Shown: one piece after another, positions 1 through 9,045 of the stretch
Position numbering within the stretch: position 1 is the first letter of the stretch
Layout: the number at the start of each line of letters is the position of its first letter
DNA from: Candidatus Sericytochromatia bacterium
GTDB taxonomy: Bacteria; Cyanobacteriota; Sericytochromatia; S15B-MN24; UBA4093
Assembly (NCBI GenBank): GCA_036676985.1
Contig: JAKFBU010000056.1
Span: forward strand, 128,001-192,000
Reading direction: 5' to 3'
Length of the DNA stretch: 64,000 nucleotides
Program-made: the position numbers and the translations under genes
Notes under the pieces: model-generated
Database searches by the model: none
Told to the model about the DNA's origin: nothing
Seen by the model: the letters and a program-made list of their open reading frames with translations, nothing else

Positions 1-64
1 TCTCCTCCTAATAGCCGTCGCGTTGGACGGACTCCCGCCGCTCATCCGGTCGAGGCCCCAAACG

Positions 65-123
65 CAAAAAAGGAGCAACGACCCGAATGAGCAGCGAACT
101 GCTCACTCCGTAGGTCTTGCTCC
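65..123 (-). terminator. Riboswitch intrinsic terminator overlapping the aptamer 3' strand
   Basis: Minus strand GGAGCAAGACC...GAGTGAGCAG-TTCG-CTGCTCATTC...GGTCGTTGCTCC followed by a T-run. Confidence 0.8.
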
Positions 124-212
124 CGAGTTCTTCAACTCGTCGCGGCACCGAACCCCAGCGGGGTTGTATTGACGATGACGCGGCTGCGAGGTTGCAGCGG
201 CTACTCCCCTAA
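110..212 (-). ncRNA. yybP-ykoY (Mn2+-sensing) riboswitch
   Basis: Minus strand reads AGGGGAGTAGC...GTCATCGTCAATAC...GCAAGACCT, the hallmark yybP-ykoY segments. An RBS (TAGGAGGAGA, 1-10) for an out-of-window gene follows. Confidence 0.85.
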
Positions 213-226
213 GTTATGAGGCCCTC

Positions 227-254
227 ATCTTAACACCTCGCGGTCATTTGTCAA
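227..254 (-). promoter_or_regulatory. sigma70-type promoter for the riboswitch leader
   Basis: Minus strand TTGACA-N16-TAAGAT with an extended -10 TG, about 15 nt upstream of the aptamer. Confidence 0.7.
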
Positions 255-284
255 GTGGGGGACCCTCAGGGCCCTCGCTCTTGC

Positions 285-488
285 CTAGGTCTCAGCCTGC
301 GGCAGGATGAACCACATGATGACGTAGAGCACCCACATGGGGCCGGGCAGCAGGCTCAAGACAAGCCAGATGACGCGCGCGGCGAGGGGCGAGAGGCCGA
401 AGCGCGCGGCGAGCCCGCCGCAGACCCCGGCGAGGATGCGGTGGTTGGTGGATCGGACTAGACGAGTCTTGGGGCGAGCGGGCTGCAT
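285..488 (-). CDS. PspC domain-containing membrane protein
   Basis: RLVRSTNHRILAGVCGGLAARFG...YVIMWFILP is the PspC signature; AGGAGG RBS before ATG 488. Confidence 0.88.
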   Translation of the reverse strand: MQPARPKTRLVRSTNHRILAGVCGGLAARFGLSPLAARVIWLVLSLLPGPMWVLYVIMWFILPQAET

Positions 489-602
489 GGCGGTTTCCTC
501 CTCTGGGGCGCGGGTTTCCGACCCGGCGATGAATAGGGGTGGATGGTATAATACCTGGGATTTTGGCCGCATGGCCACGACTTTCCTGCCAAAGGAGCCC
601 GA

Positions 603-2021
603 ATGGAACCCACCCTCACCGCGGGCCAGCTGAGCCCGCTCCTCGACCGTCGCCTGGCGGCGGACGTGATCGACATGGCCCTCTCCAACGGTGCCGACTT
701 CGCCGAGATCTTCGTCGAAGAGAAGGCGACCAGCCGCCTCTCCTTCCTCGACTCCAAGGTCAAGGACGCCGCCTCGGGCCAGGTGCTCGGCGCGGGCATC
801 CGCGTCTTCTACGGCACCCGTGCGGTCTACGCCCACACCAACGACCTCTCGCGCGACAACCTGCTCGCGACGGCCAAGGCCGTGAGCCTGGCCCAGACGG
901 GGCCGACCATCCTCAGGGGCCGCGAGCTCGCCGACGGCCCACGCGGCCTGGTGCACCCCTTCCTGCGCGACCCGCGCTCGATCATGGCGGACCACAAGCT
1001 CGCCCTGCTCGAGCGGGCGGACCGCGCGGCGCGGGGCTACGCCTCCGAGATCGCCCAGGTGGACGTCGCCATCAACGAGCAGGTCCAACGGGTGCTGGTC
1101 GCCAACTCCGAGGGGCTCTGGGCCACTGACTTGCGCCCCTACGTGCGCGTCTTCGTGCAGGCCATCGCCTCCGACGGCAGCGAGTTCCAGACCGGCAGCG
1201 AGTCGCCTGGCGCCATGCGTGGCTGGGAGTGGGTCGAAGGGCTCGATATCGAAGCCCTGGCGCGCTCGGCCTCCGAGCAGGCCATGACCATGCTCAAGGC
1301 GGGCTACGCCCCTTCGGGCAAGATGCCCGTCATCATCGACAAGGGCTTCGGCGGCGTCATCCTGCACGAGGCATGCGGCCACCTGCTGGAGACCACCTCG
1401 GTCGCCACGGGCGCCTCCATCCTCGCCGGCAAGCTGGACCAGGTGATCGCCCACCCCGCGGTCACGGTCGTCGACGACGGCACCATCGAGGGCGAGTGGG
1501 GCTCCATCAGCATCGACGACGAGGGCATGCCCGCCGAGAAGACCACCCTCATCGCGGACGGCAAGCTCGTGAGCTACATCGTCGACAAGCTCGGCGGCAA
1601 GAAGACCGGCTATCGCCCGACGGGCTCCGGCCGGCGCGAGAGCTACCGGTTCGCGCCCACCAGCCGCATGCGCAACACCTACTTTGCCCCGGGCAGCCAC
1701 AGCCTCGAGGAGCTCATCGCCACGGTCCCCAACGGCCTCTATGCCAAGCGCATGGGCGGCGGCTCCGTGAGCCCGGGCACCGGCGACTTCAACTTCTCGG
1801 TGCGCGAGGCCTACCTCATCCGCGACGGCAAGATCTGCGAGCCGGTGCGCGGCGCGACCCTCATCGGCAACGGCGCGGACGTCCTCACCCGGATCGACAT
1901 GGTGGGACACGACCTGGCCCTGGCAGCGGGCATGTGCGGCTCCTCGAGCGGCTCGATCCCCGTCAACGTCGGTCAGCCCCCGATCCGCGTCTCCGAGATC
2001 GTGGTCGGCGGAAGGAGCTAG
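603..2021 (+). CDS. tldD: TldD metalloprotease subunit
   Basis: HEACGHLLE zinc motif, DDEG, RMRNT, C-terminal GMCG...VGQP. Confidence 0.93.
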   Translation: MEPTLTAGQLSPLLDRRLAADVIDMALSNGADFAEIFVEEKATSRLSFLDSKVKDAASGQVLGAGIRVFYGTRAVYAHTNDLSRDNLLATAKAVSLAQTGPTILRGRELADGPRGLVHPFLRDPRSIMADHKLALLERADRAARGYASEIAQVDVAINEQVQRVLVANSEGLWATDLRPYVRVFVQAIASDGSEFQTGSESPGAMRGWEWVEGLDIEALARSASEQAMTMLKAGYAPSGKMPVIIDKGFGGVILHEACGHLLETTSVATGASILAGKLDQVIAHPAVTVVDDGTIEGEWGSISIDDEGMPAEKTTLIADGKLVSYIVDKLGGKKTGYRPTGSGRRESYRFAPTSRMRNTYFAPGSHSLEELIATVPNGLYAKRMGGGSVSPGTGDFNFSVREAYLIRDGKICEPVRGATLIGNGADVLTRIDMVGHDLALAAGMCGSSSGSIPVNVGQPPIRVSEIVVGGRS

Positions 2022-2023
2022 AG

Positions 2024-3364
2024 ATGACCCCCAACACCCCCGAACTGCAACAGGTCCTGGAGCGGGCCACGGCCGCTGGCTACGACGCCGAGATCTACCT
2101 GCGCTCCGGAACGGCCACCACCATCAAGGTGCAGGACGGCGACGTCGACCAGTTCACGCTCGCCGACTCCCGCGGGGCGGGCCTGCGCGTCATCCGTGAC
2201 GGCCGGGCCGGCTACGCCTACACCGAAGACCTCTCGGTGGAGGCCCTGACCCGTACGCTGGAGGCCGCGGCCACCAACGCCATCCTGTTGCCCGAGGGCG
2301 ACACGGCGGCGCTTTCGACCTTCGAGGGCGACGCGCCCGAGCTCGGCCTCTACCGGCCGGAGCTTGCGGACGTGCCCGTGCCCGAGAAGATCCGCAAGGC
2401 CAAGGAGATCGAGCGCATCGCCAAGGCGGCGGATCCCCGCATCAAGAACGTGACGGGGTCGGCCTACTCGGACTCGCACGGCATGGTGCGCCTCATGAGC
2501 ACCCGGGGGGTGGATCGAACCTTCCGGAGCAGCCTGGCCTGGACCTCGACGGTGCCCCTCCTGCTTGCGGGCGACCAGCACAAGAACTACTACCAGGTGA
2601 AGGCGGCCCGGGCGTTCGACGAGCTCGACCCCGAGCGGATCGCGCGCGAGGCCGTGGAGCGTGCCGCCGAGAAGCTCGGGGCCCGCGAGCCCCAGTCCGG
2701 CAGCTACCCCGTGCTGTTCACGCCCGAGGCCATGGCGGACCTGTTGGGTGTCTTTGCCGGCATCTTCTCCGGCAAGGTCGCCCAGGAAGGCAAGAGCCTG
2801 CTCAAGGACCGCATCGGCGAGACGATCGCCTCGTCGGCCGTCACCTTGCTCGACGACCCGCTCAACATCGCGGGCTTCGGCGCTAGGCCCTTCGACGACG
2901 AGGGCTGTCCCGCCCGGTCGCTCGAGCTGATCGCGGACGGGGTCTTCCAGGGCTTCCTGCACAACTCCGAGACCGCCCGCAAGGCGGGAACCCGCTCGAC
3001 GGGCAACGCGGCGCGCGGCGGCTACAGCGGGACGCTCGGCGTGGCCCCGTTCAACCTCTACCTCGCGCCGGGCGCCCGCACGCCCGAGGCCATCCTCAAG
3101 GGCTACGCCCGGGTGGCCATCGTCACCGAGGTCACGGGCCTGCACGCGGGGGCGAACGCCATCTCGGGCGACTTCTCGCTCCAGGCCCAGGGCTTCATGG
3201 CCGAGGGCGGAGATCGGCGGCCCATCCACAACTTCACGGTGTCGGGCAACTTCTACGACCTGCTCAAGTCGGTCACAGAAGTTGCCAGCGACCTGGAGTG
3301 GTTCACTTCCAGCGTCGGCTCCCCGTCGGTGCTGGTCGAGGAGCTTGCCATCGCAGGCGCCTAG
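2024..3364 (+). CDS. pmbA: PmbA/TldE family protein
   Basis: FDDEG, STGNA, GDFS motifs, no HExxxH; directly follows tldD. Confidence 0.9.
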   Translation: MTPNTPELQQVLERATAAGYDAEIYLRSGTATTIKVQDGDVDQFTLADSRGAGLRVIRDGRAGYAYTEDLSVEALTRTLEAAATNAILLPEGDTAALSTFEGDAPELGLYRPELADVPVPEKIRKAKEIERIAKAADPRIKNVTGSAYSDSHGMVRLMSTRGVDRTFRSSLAWTSTVPLLLAGDQHKNYYQVKAARAFDELDPERIAREAVERAAEKLGAREPQSGSYPVLFTPEAMADLLGVFAGIFSGKVAQEGKSLLKDRIGETIASSAVTLLDDPLNIAGFGARPFDDEGCPARSLELIADGVFQGFLHNSETARKAGTRSTGNAARGGYSGTLGVAPFNLYLAPGARTPEAILKGYARVAIVTEVTGLHAGANAISGDFSLQAQGFMAEGGDRRPIHNFTVSGNFYDLLKSVTEVASDLEWFTSSVGSPSVLVEELAIAGA

Positions 3365-3377
3365 GCCTTGAACCCTG

Positions 3378-3415
3378 GACCGCCCCGCCGAGTTTCGGCG
3401 GGGCGGTCGCCTTTC
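3378..3415 (+). terminator. Rho-independent terminator
   Basis: GACCGCCCCGCCGA-GTT-TCGGCGGGGCGGTC followed by a short T-rich tail. Confidence 0.7.
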
Positions 3416-3477
3416 TAAGAAACTTCTAAGGCTCTTTTGGCGATAACCCCCTTGCCGCTCAGACGAAAGGGAGCCCC

Positions 3478-4413
3478 ATGCGCCGGATCGATTCCGCTTC
3501 CCAGCCCATCCCCCCGCAGCGCCCGGCCGGCAAGTCGCCGGATCCAGGGCCCAGCGAGGTGACCGCGACCGTCGCAGCCGCCGGCGATAAACTTCAGCTC
3601 AGCCCCGTCCCACACCTCGACGGCCGCTTCAAGGCCTCGGACGGCCAGTCCATCGCCTACCGGCAGACAGTTCCCGCAGGCGAGCCCAAGGCCATCGTCG
3701 TCATGCAGCAGGGCACCCTCGGCCAGCCTCAGGACTTCGATCTCATGGGCGAGGCCCTCGCCGCCTCCGGCATCCATTCCTACGCCCTGGGGGCGCGCTC
3801 CGAGGCCGAGGATTACCGGCAGCACGCGGCGGACCTCGAGCAGCTGGTGGCGATCGCCCGCCAGGAGCACCCCGGCGTGCCCGTCACGGTCATGGGCGTG
3901 AGCCTGGGCGCCATGATCGCCCTGGACTGGAGCGCCCGGCACAACGACGAGCACCTGCCGGTGGTCGCCATGGCCCCGGTGGTCGCCAACCGCTTCCTCG
4001 GCCTCAAGGACACGGCGCGCATCGCCGCGGGCCTCGTGAGCGACAAGGCCGCCGATGCCCGGGTGAACACCCCCATGAGCGCGGGCGTCCCCCTGACCAC
4101 CAACCCCCGCTCGCAGGCCGCCCACCTGGAGCACCCCGAGCGCATGACCGTCCCGGCGCGCCTCTTCGGCGACGTCCTCAAGATGAGCGGCGAGGTGGCC
4201 CTCAAGGGTCGCCACATGACGGGCCCCCTCTTCGTCGCCCTGGCCGGTGACGACCAGGTGGCCGTCAACGGCGCGACTCACGCCTTCGTGCGGGGGATCC
4301 GGAGCCCGGAGCGCCAGGTCAGGACCTTTGCCAACACGGCGCACGACCTCAGCCAGGAGACTCATCGCCCGGAGCTGGTGGCCGCCCTCCGGGATTGGAT
4401 CCTCGCCCCCTAG
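3478..4413 (+). CDS. alpha/beta hydrolase (lysophospholipase/Hydrolase_4-like) with an N-terminal low-complexity leader
   Basis: GVSLG nucleophile elbow, GDDQV Asp, AHDL His. Confidence 0.8.
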   Translation: MRRIDSASQPIPPQRPAGKSPDPGPSEVTATVAAAGDKLQLSPVPHLDGRFKASDGQSIAYRQTVPAGEPKAIVVMQQGTLGQPQDFDLMGEALAASGIHSYALGARSEAEDYRQHAADLEQLVAIARQEHPGVPVTVMGVSLGAMIALDWSARHNDEHLPVVAMAPVVANRFLGLKDTARIAAGLVSDKAADARVNTPMSAGVPLTTNPRSQAAHLEHPERMTVPARLFGDVLKMSGEVALKGRHMTGPLFVALAGDDQVAVNGATHAFVRGIRSPERQVRTFANTAHDLSQETHRPELVAALRDWILAP

Positions 4414-4601
4414 CGCATGGGCAGCGGCTGGCCCGCAAACGGCCCCTCCGCGGGCAGGCGGTACTCGTAGGTCGCCTCGTGAACCGGAGCCTCCAGCCGT
4501 TCGGACAGGGCGGGAAGTCGCGCCACGATGCCCAGCATGAAGGCCACCACGACGCAAAAGAGGGCTGAAAGCGCCTTGTGAGGCGTCGACATCGGTTCCA
4601 C
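4410..4601 (-). CDS. small hypothetical membrane protein
   Basis: One hydrophobic helix; GGAGGT RBS suggests the start may be ATG 4592; fills the gap. Confidence 0.5.
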   Translation of the reverse strand: MEPMSTPHKALSALFCVVVAFMLGIVARLPALSERLEAPVHEATYEYRLPAEGPFAGQPLPMR

Positions 4602-4760
4602 CTCCCACTCTGAAGCGATGGTTCACAAAAGTTTACATATCATAAACCCCTTGCCACGTCCGATCAACGCTTTGTCGGGTGCTGCCTTTACAGCATCTCG
4701 CTTCCGGGGTAGGATACGACCAGCGCCGAGCCTGGCTTTCAGCCCCCACAGGAGGGTCCC

Positions 4761-5090
4761 GTGAGCAATCAGCAACCGAATGCGGGCACCGCTCCGCTGC
4801 CGTCGTTCCAGCAGGTCGCCAACTTCCTGGGCATCCTGCAGAGCAGCCTGGGTGCCTACGTGCAATGCGAGGCGCGCTTCGACGACAACGGCAAGGCCCA
4901 GGCCTCGGCCCGCGTCATGGGAGCCTACCGCAAGATCCTTGCGAGCTACGAGACGCTGCCCCCCGAGTCGCAGGCCGAGATGGTGGAGCCGTTGACGTCG
5001 CTCCACGAGACCATCGTCGCCCTGGGCATCCCCCTCGGACCGCTGCGCCTCCGCGAGCCGGACTTCTCGGCCCCTCCCTCCGAGGCCTAA
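4761..5090 (+). CDS. hypothetical protein
   Basis: AGGAGG RBS before GTG, GC3-rich codons, downstream hairpin. Confidence 0.7.
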   Translation: MSNQQPNAGTAPLPSFQQVANFLGILQSSLGAYVQCEARFDDNGKAQASARVMGAYRKILASYETLPPESQAEMVEPLTSLHETIVALGIPLGPLRLREPDFSAPPSEA

Positions 5091-5102
5091 CGACCACCCG
5101 CT

Positions 5103-5143
5103 TCCAAGGCCGGCCGAGGCCCTGTGGGCCTCGGCCGGCCTTG
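5103..5143. terminator. GC-rich hairpin (possible terminator or RNA-stability element)
   Basis: CCAAGGCCGGCCGAGGCC-CTGTG-GGCCTCGGCCGGCCTTGG inverted repeat with no U-tract. Confidence 0.5.
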
Positions 5144-5275
5144 GCCATGGAGCCTCGGTTCCTTCTCCACTAGCAGGCAAGCGAAAGCACCCGCATGGTT
5201 TTTCGCCGGGTTTCACGTTACCCCCGCTCGGACGTCCCTCTAGACTCCGGTTGGATGCTCAGAGAGGAGGAAACG

Positions 5276-6253
5276 ATGAAACCTCACGTCCTGGTTGCGA
5301 TTGGCCTGCTCTCGGCAGGCTGCTCGCTAGGCCCCCCGGCCGCAGAGCCGGCCCCGCCTCCCGCGGCGCCCGACCCCATTCTTCCGGGTCCCCGGCTGCC
5401 GCAGGACAACGAACCCCTCTACACCGAGCAGAAGCTCGACTTCACCATCATCGCGGGCCCGGAATCGATGGCGCCGGGCAAGACCGAGCCCCTCACGGCC
5501 CGCGTCATGGCACCGCCCGGCAGCCAGGTGGTCGGAGTACAGGCCACGCAAGGCAAGGACGCCTTCTCCTATGCCCTCAAGCTCACCATGCGCGTGCCCG
5601 TGGGGGCGGGTGACCCGCGGCCGCTCGAGGTGCAGATTCCCTTCAGCCCAGCAGCCGGCGGCACCTACTTCCTGGACAGCGCCCGGCGCTATTCCGTGCA
5701 GGTCACAGGCACCCCCACCTATCCCGCCAGCGGCGGGTACACCACTTCGTCCGGCACCGGCACCACGCCAAGCTTCCTCGATGCCCAGGCGTACACGGGC
5801 GGCGCCTACACTCCGGGTGGCGGCACGACGGGCGGAGGTACCACGGGCGGCGGAGTCACGACGCCGGCGAGCGCGGACTCAAGTAGCAAGCCTCTCTTCG
5901 GATCGGTCGTCGTGCTCGAGACCCTGACGGCCGGCGCCATCCAGGGCAACGCGCAGGTCAGCGAGCGCCACCTCTTGGAGTTGAAAGGCCCCACCTACGG
6001 CCGGCGCGGTGAGCGACTGACCTACACCGCGACCCTCTGGACCGCCGGCACCGGACCGATGCGGGCGGACGTCATCCAGAACGGGTTCGAAGTCCAGGTC
6101 TCGGCCCTCATGGCCCCCGCCGAGCGGGAGCCCATCGGCGCCCCCATGCCGCGCCAGGCGGCGCTCCAGTTCAACTGGGTGTTCCAGGACCCGGGCACGT
6201 ACCGGATCACCAGCAACAACGGCGTCACCCTGACGACGGTTCAGATCTACTAG
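5276..6253 (+). CDS. hypothetical lipoprotein with two beta-rich domains and a G/T-rich linker
   Basis: GAGGAGG RBS; lipobox-like SAGC; GGGTTGGGTTGGG linker. Confidence 0.72.
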   Translation: MKPHVLVAIGLLSAGCSLGPPAAEPAPPPAAPDPILPGPRLPQDNEPLYTEQKLDFTIIAGPESMAPGKTEPLTARVMAPPGSQVVGVQATQGKDAFSYALKLTMRVPVGAGDPRPLEVQIPFSPAAGGTYFLDSARRYSVQVTGTPTYPASGGYTTSSGTGTTPSFLDAQAYTGGAYTPGGGTTGGGTTGGGVTTPASADSSSKPLFGSVVVLETLTAGAIQGNAQVSERHLLELKGPTYGRRGERLTYTATLWTAGTGPMRADVIQNGFEVQVSALMAPAEREPIGAPMPRQAALQFNWVFQDPGTYRITSNNGVTLTTVQIY

Positions 6254-6261
6254 GAGGCCCC

Positions 6262-6570
6262 ATGGACAAGGCACGCCAGATCGAGAAAATCGCCCGCCTG
6301 ACAGCGGAGCATCCCGAGGTGGCGGTCGAGCTGCTCGATAACGTCGGCAACATCCGGATTATCCTATTCAACGGCATGAGCCACCCGGAATGCCTGCCGA
6401 CCGGCGGCAAGCGCGACTTCCTGAGGGACGACGCGAACCCCCTCGAGGCCATCGAGCGGGCCAACGTCTTTCCTCGCGAGCTCTACGAAGACTCGGCCCT
6501 CATCGACTACGAGCCCATCGCCGAGCGCGTGAGCCTCGACGAGGCGATCCGCGCCATCGAAGAGGACTGA
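6262..6570 (+). CDS. hypothetical protein
   Basis: AGGAGG RBS, coding-like codon usage. Confidence 0.7.
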   Translation: MDKARQIEKIARLTAEHPEVAVELLDNVGNIRIILFNGMSHPECLPTGGKRDFLRDDANPLEAIERANVFPRELYEDSALIDYEPIAERVSLDEAIRAIEED

Positions 6571-6581
6571 GCCTGGACGGG

Positions 6582-7307
6582 CTAGTGCCCGTGATCGCAG
6601 CAGCTGTGGCCGTGGCCCTCGTCCTGGGGGCCATGGCCGCAGCCCGCATGGTCGTGGTGATGCTCGTGCTGCAGGCCCACCTCGGCGCCGACGTCCAGAT
6701 CCTCGACGCTGGCGAGGAACTCGTAGACCACGTCTACGAAGGCGTCGCTAAGGGGCGGCGCGTCGGGGCCGCCGTGCGCGCACCGCCACGCTTCGGCCGC
6801 GAACTGGGCGGCCGTCAGGCCCTCAGGGTGCTCGACGACCACCGCGCGGACCGCGGGCATGAGGGTCTCGATGCCCACCATCTCGGGCGCGAAGACGCTC
6901 GGCGTGACCCACTCCCCGTCCCGGGCCGTGCCCGTCCCCTGGTGCTGGGCCCGGATCACCTTGTAGAAGCGGTAGGTGTCCGCCGACGACTCCCCGCCGA
7001 GGGCCAAGGGCTCCTGGATGGTGAGGAAGTCCCCGGGGGCGATCCCGAGTCGGGAGAGGGCCGTCTCGGCGTCCGCCGCCGTCTCGATGCCCGCCTTGAC
7101 GAAGGCGAGCTCGTAGCTCTGGGCCTGCGAGGTCCAACCGTCGGCGTAGAGGCGCTCCATGACGTCCGCGACCGCCTGCATGCGGCGCGCGAGCCGTTCG
7201 GCGTAGCTCCGGATGGCCTCCGGGGAGAGGTCCGCCACCGGGCCTTGGCCCCAGCCCAACTCGCCGTAGGGGGTACCGTGCAGGTGCAGCGAGACTTCGA
7301 TCGCCAA
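6582..7307 (-). CDS. hypothetical protein with a His/Cys-rich C-terminal tail
   Basis: AAGGAG RBS before TTG; tail QHEHHHDHAGCGH...GHGHSCCDHGH. Confidence 0.72.
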   Translation of the reverse strand: MAIEVSLHLHGTPYGELGWGQGPVADLSPEAIRSYAERLARRMQAVADVMERLYADGWTSQAQSYELAFVKAGIETAADAETALSRLGIAPGDFLTIQEPLALGGESSADTYRFYKVIRAQHQGTGTARDGEWVTPSVFAPEMVGIETLMPAVRAVVVEHPEGLTAAQFAAEAWRCAHGGPDAPPLSDAFVDVVYEFLASVEDLDVGAEVGLQHEHHHDHAGCGHGPQDEGHGHSCCDHGH

Positions 7308-7364
7308 GGGTCGCTCCTTCGTAGCGGGGTGCTCGGCGATCCTAACACAGGGCGCGGGGCGCGC

Positions 7365-8867
7365 CTAGCCCGCCTCGGGAGCCGGCGAGGGGATGTCGGA
7401 GACCTCGGAGGCGGCCCGCAGGCGGCCCTTCGGCCGCTGATCGGCGATCCTGGGCTCCTCGGACTCGCTGCCGTCCGCGAGCAGGAGCTCAAGCGCCCGC
7501 TCGTCGCCGATGCGCTCGATGGCCTTGATGACCACGTGCCTAAAGGAGACGGGCTCGCCGTCCTCGCGCCGCCGGCGGGCGGACCGGATCGGCTGGGGCT
7601 TGGGCCGCTTGACGATACCCACGCGCTCCCAGAAGGTCGGCTGGGGCTTGGGAATGTTGAGGGTGGCCAAGAGGGGCCGGACGGCCTTCACGTCCCCGAG
7701 CTCCCCGAGGGCCTCGGCGGCCGCGAAGCGCACGCCGAGATCCGGGTCGTTCAGGGCGTCGATCAGGGGATCCACCGCCCGACCGTCGCCGATGGCGCGC
7801 AGGGCGATCGCCACGGCCCGCCGCACGTCCCGGCTGGAGTCCGCCTCGAGGGCCTGGATCAAGGCGTCGAGGGCCTGGGAGTCCGCGATGAGGCCGAGGG
7901 CCTCGGCAGCCTTGAGGCGCACGACCCGGTGGCCGTCCTTCAGGGCCTTGATGAGGGGACCCACCGAGCGGCTGTCGCAGAAGCTCGCCATGGCCGCGAC
8001 CGCCGCCGTGCGCACCCGGTGCTCCGGGTCGGCGAGGCTCGCCATGATGGGCTCCACGGCCCGGAAGTCCCCCAAGAGCTCCAGGGCCTTGATGACGATG
8101 ACCCGGAAGGCCGAGTTGGTCTCGCGGATGTTCGGCTCGTCGTAGCGCTTCTTGTCGAAGAGGCCGCGCTTGCGCGGCTGCATGACGAGGCCCTCCAGCA
8201 AGGGAGCCACGGCCCGCTCGTCGCCGATCTCGCCCAGGGTCTCGGCGGCCGCCTCGCGGACCCAGTGGTCCGGATCGTGCAGGGCTTCGATGAGGGGCTC
8301 AACCGCCCGGCTATTGCCGAGCTGCTTGAGGGCGAGGGCGCAGTGCCGGCGCACGTCCCGGCACGAGTCGCCGAGGGCGGCAATCATGCTCTCGACGGCC
8401 TTGGTGTCGCCCAGGGTCCCGAGCGCCTCGGCGGCCTTGCGGCGCACCGCCCGGTTGGGATCCTTGAGGGCCTTCATGAGGGGCTCGACCGAACGGCTGT
8501 CGTTGAAGACGATGAGGCCGTCCACCGCCGCCGCGCGCACCCGGAACTCGGGATCGCCGAGGGCGTCGATGAGGGGCTCCACCGCCCGGAAGTCCTTGAG
8601 CTCTTGGAGGGCCTCGACGACCAGCACGCGGATCTTCCAGCTGGTGCAAGTCAGCGCCTTGATCAGGGGCTCCACGGCGCGCGGATCGCCGAACTCGCCC
8701 AGCGCCCGCACGGCGGTGGCGCGGATCTCGAGGTCGGAGCTCTCCAACGCCTTGATGTGCGCCAGGACGTCGGCGTAATCTCCCTTGCCCTCTTGCCCGG
8801 GCTCGCGGATCGGCTTGGCGGGCTTGCTTAGCGGCCCGGTGGAGTCCCTGTCTTTGCGCGTTTCCAC
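7365..8867 (-). CDS. HEAT-repeat (PBS lyase-like) protein
   Basis: About 12 repeats of the form RAVEPLIxALxDPxxxVRxxAAEALGxLGD. Confidence 0.9.
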   Translation of the reverse strand: METRKDRDSTGPLSKPAKPIREPGQEGKGDYADVLAHIKALESSDLEIRATAVRALGEFGDPRAVEPLIKALTCTSWKIRVLVVEALQELKDFRAVEPLIDALGDPEFRVRAAAVDGLIVFNDSRSVEPLMKALKDPNRAVRRKAAEALGTLGDTKAVESMIAALGDSCRDVRRHCALALKQLGNSRAVEPLIEALHDPDHWVREAAAETLGEIGDERAVAPLLEGLVMQPRKRGLFDKKRYDEPNIRETNSAFRVIVIKALELLGDFRAVEPIMASLADPEHRVRTAAVAAMASFCDSRSVGPLIKALKDGHRVVRLKAAEALGLIADSQALDALIQALEADSSRDVRRAVAIALRAIGDGRAVDPLIDALNDPDLGVRFAAAEALGELGDVKAVRPLLATLNIPKPQPTFWERVGIVKRPKPQPIRSARRRREDGEPVSFRHVVIKAIERIGDERALELLLADGSESEEPRIADQRPKGRLRAASEVSDIPSPAPEAG

Positions 8868-9045
8868 GGCTTTCCTCGATTCCGCTCCGATCCTCCCAAG
8901 GCACAGCCAGGGTTTGGAGCCTACCCCAAGAGGATAAACCCCGATCGCTCAACAGGCAAACGTTCGTGACGTCCAAAGTTTGGCGCAGTAAAATAGTGAT
9001 CTTGCCCTCGCCGGTCGCGAGGGGTCGCCGAGAAGGGAGTCCGTC

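Noticed and set aside
1-240. tRNA or tmRNA at the window start
   Set aside because: No cloverleaf, T-loop or CCA end; better explained as a yybP-ykoY riboswitch with its terminator.
285-1910. 541-aa minus-strand ORF
   Set aside because: Antisense shadow of tldD; only the last 67 codons (PspC, from ATG 488) look real.
6390-8831. 813-aa plus-strand ORF and similar long ORFs (8311-10104, 13185-14987, 13220-15358, 39714-42095, 42082-44196, 52745-54721, 56863-59874)
   Set aside because: Off-frame or antisense shadows typical of high-GC DNA, with Arg/Gly/Pro-rich or mirror-codon composition, overlapping well-supported genes.
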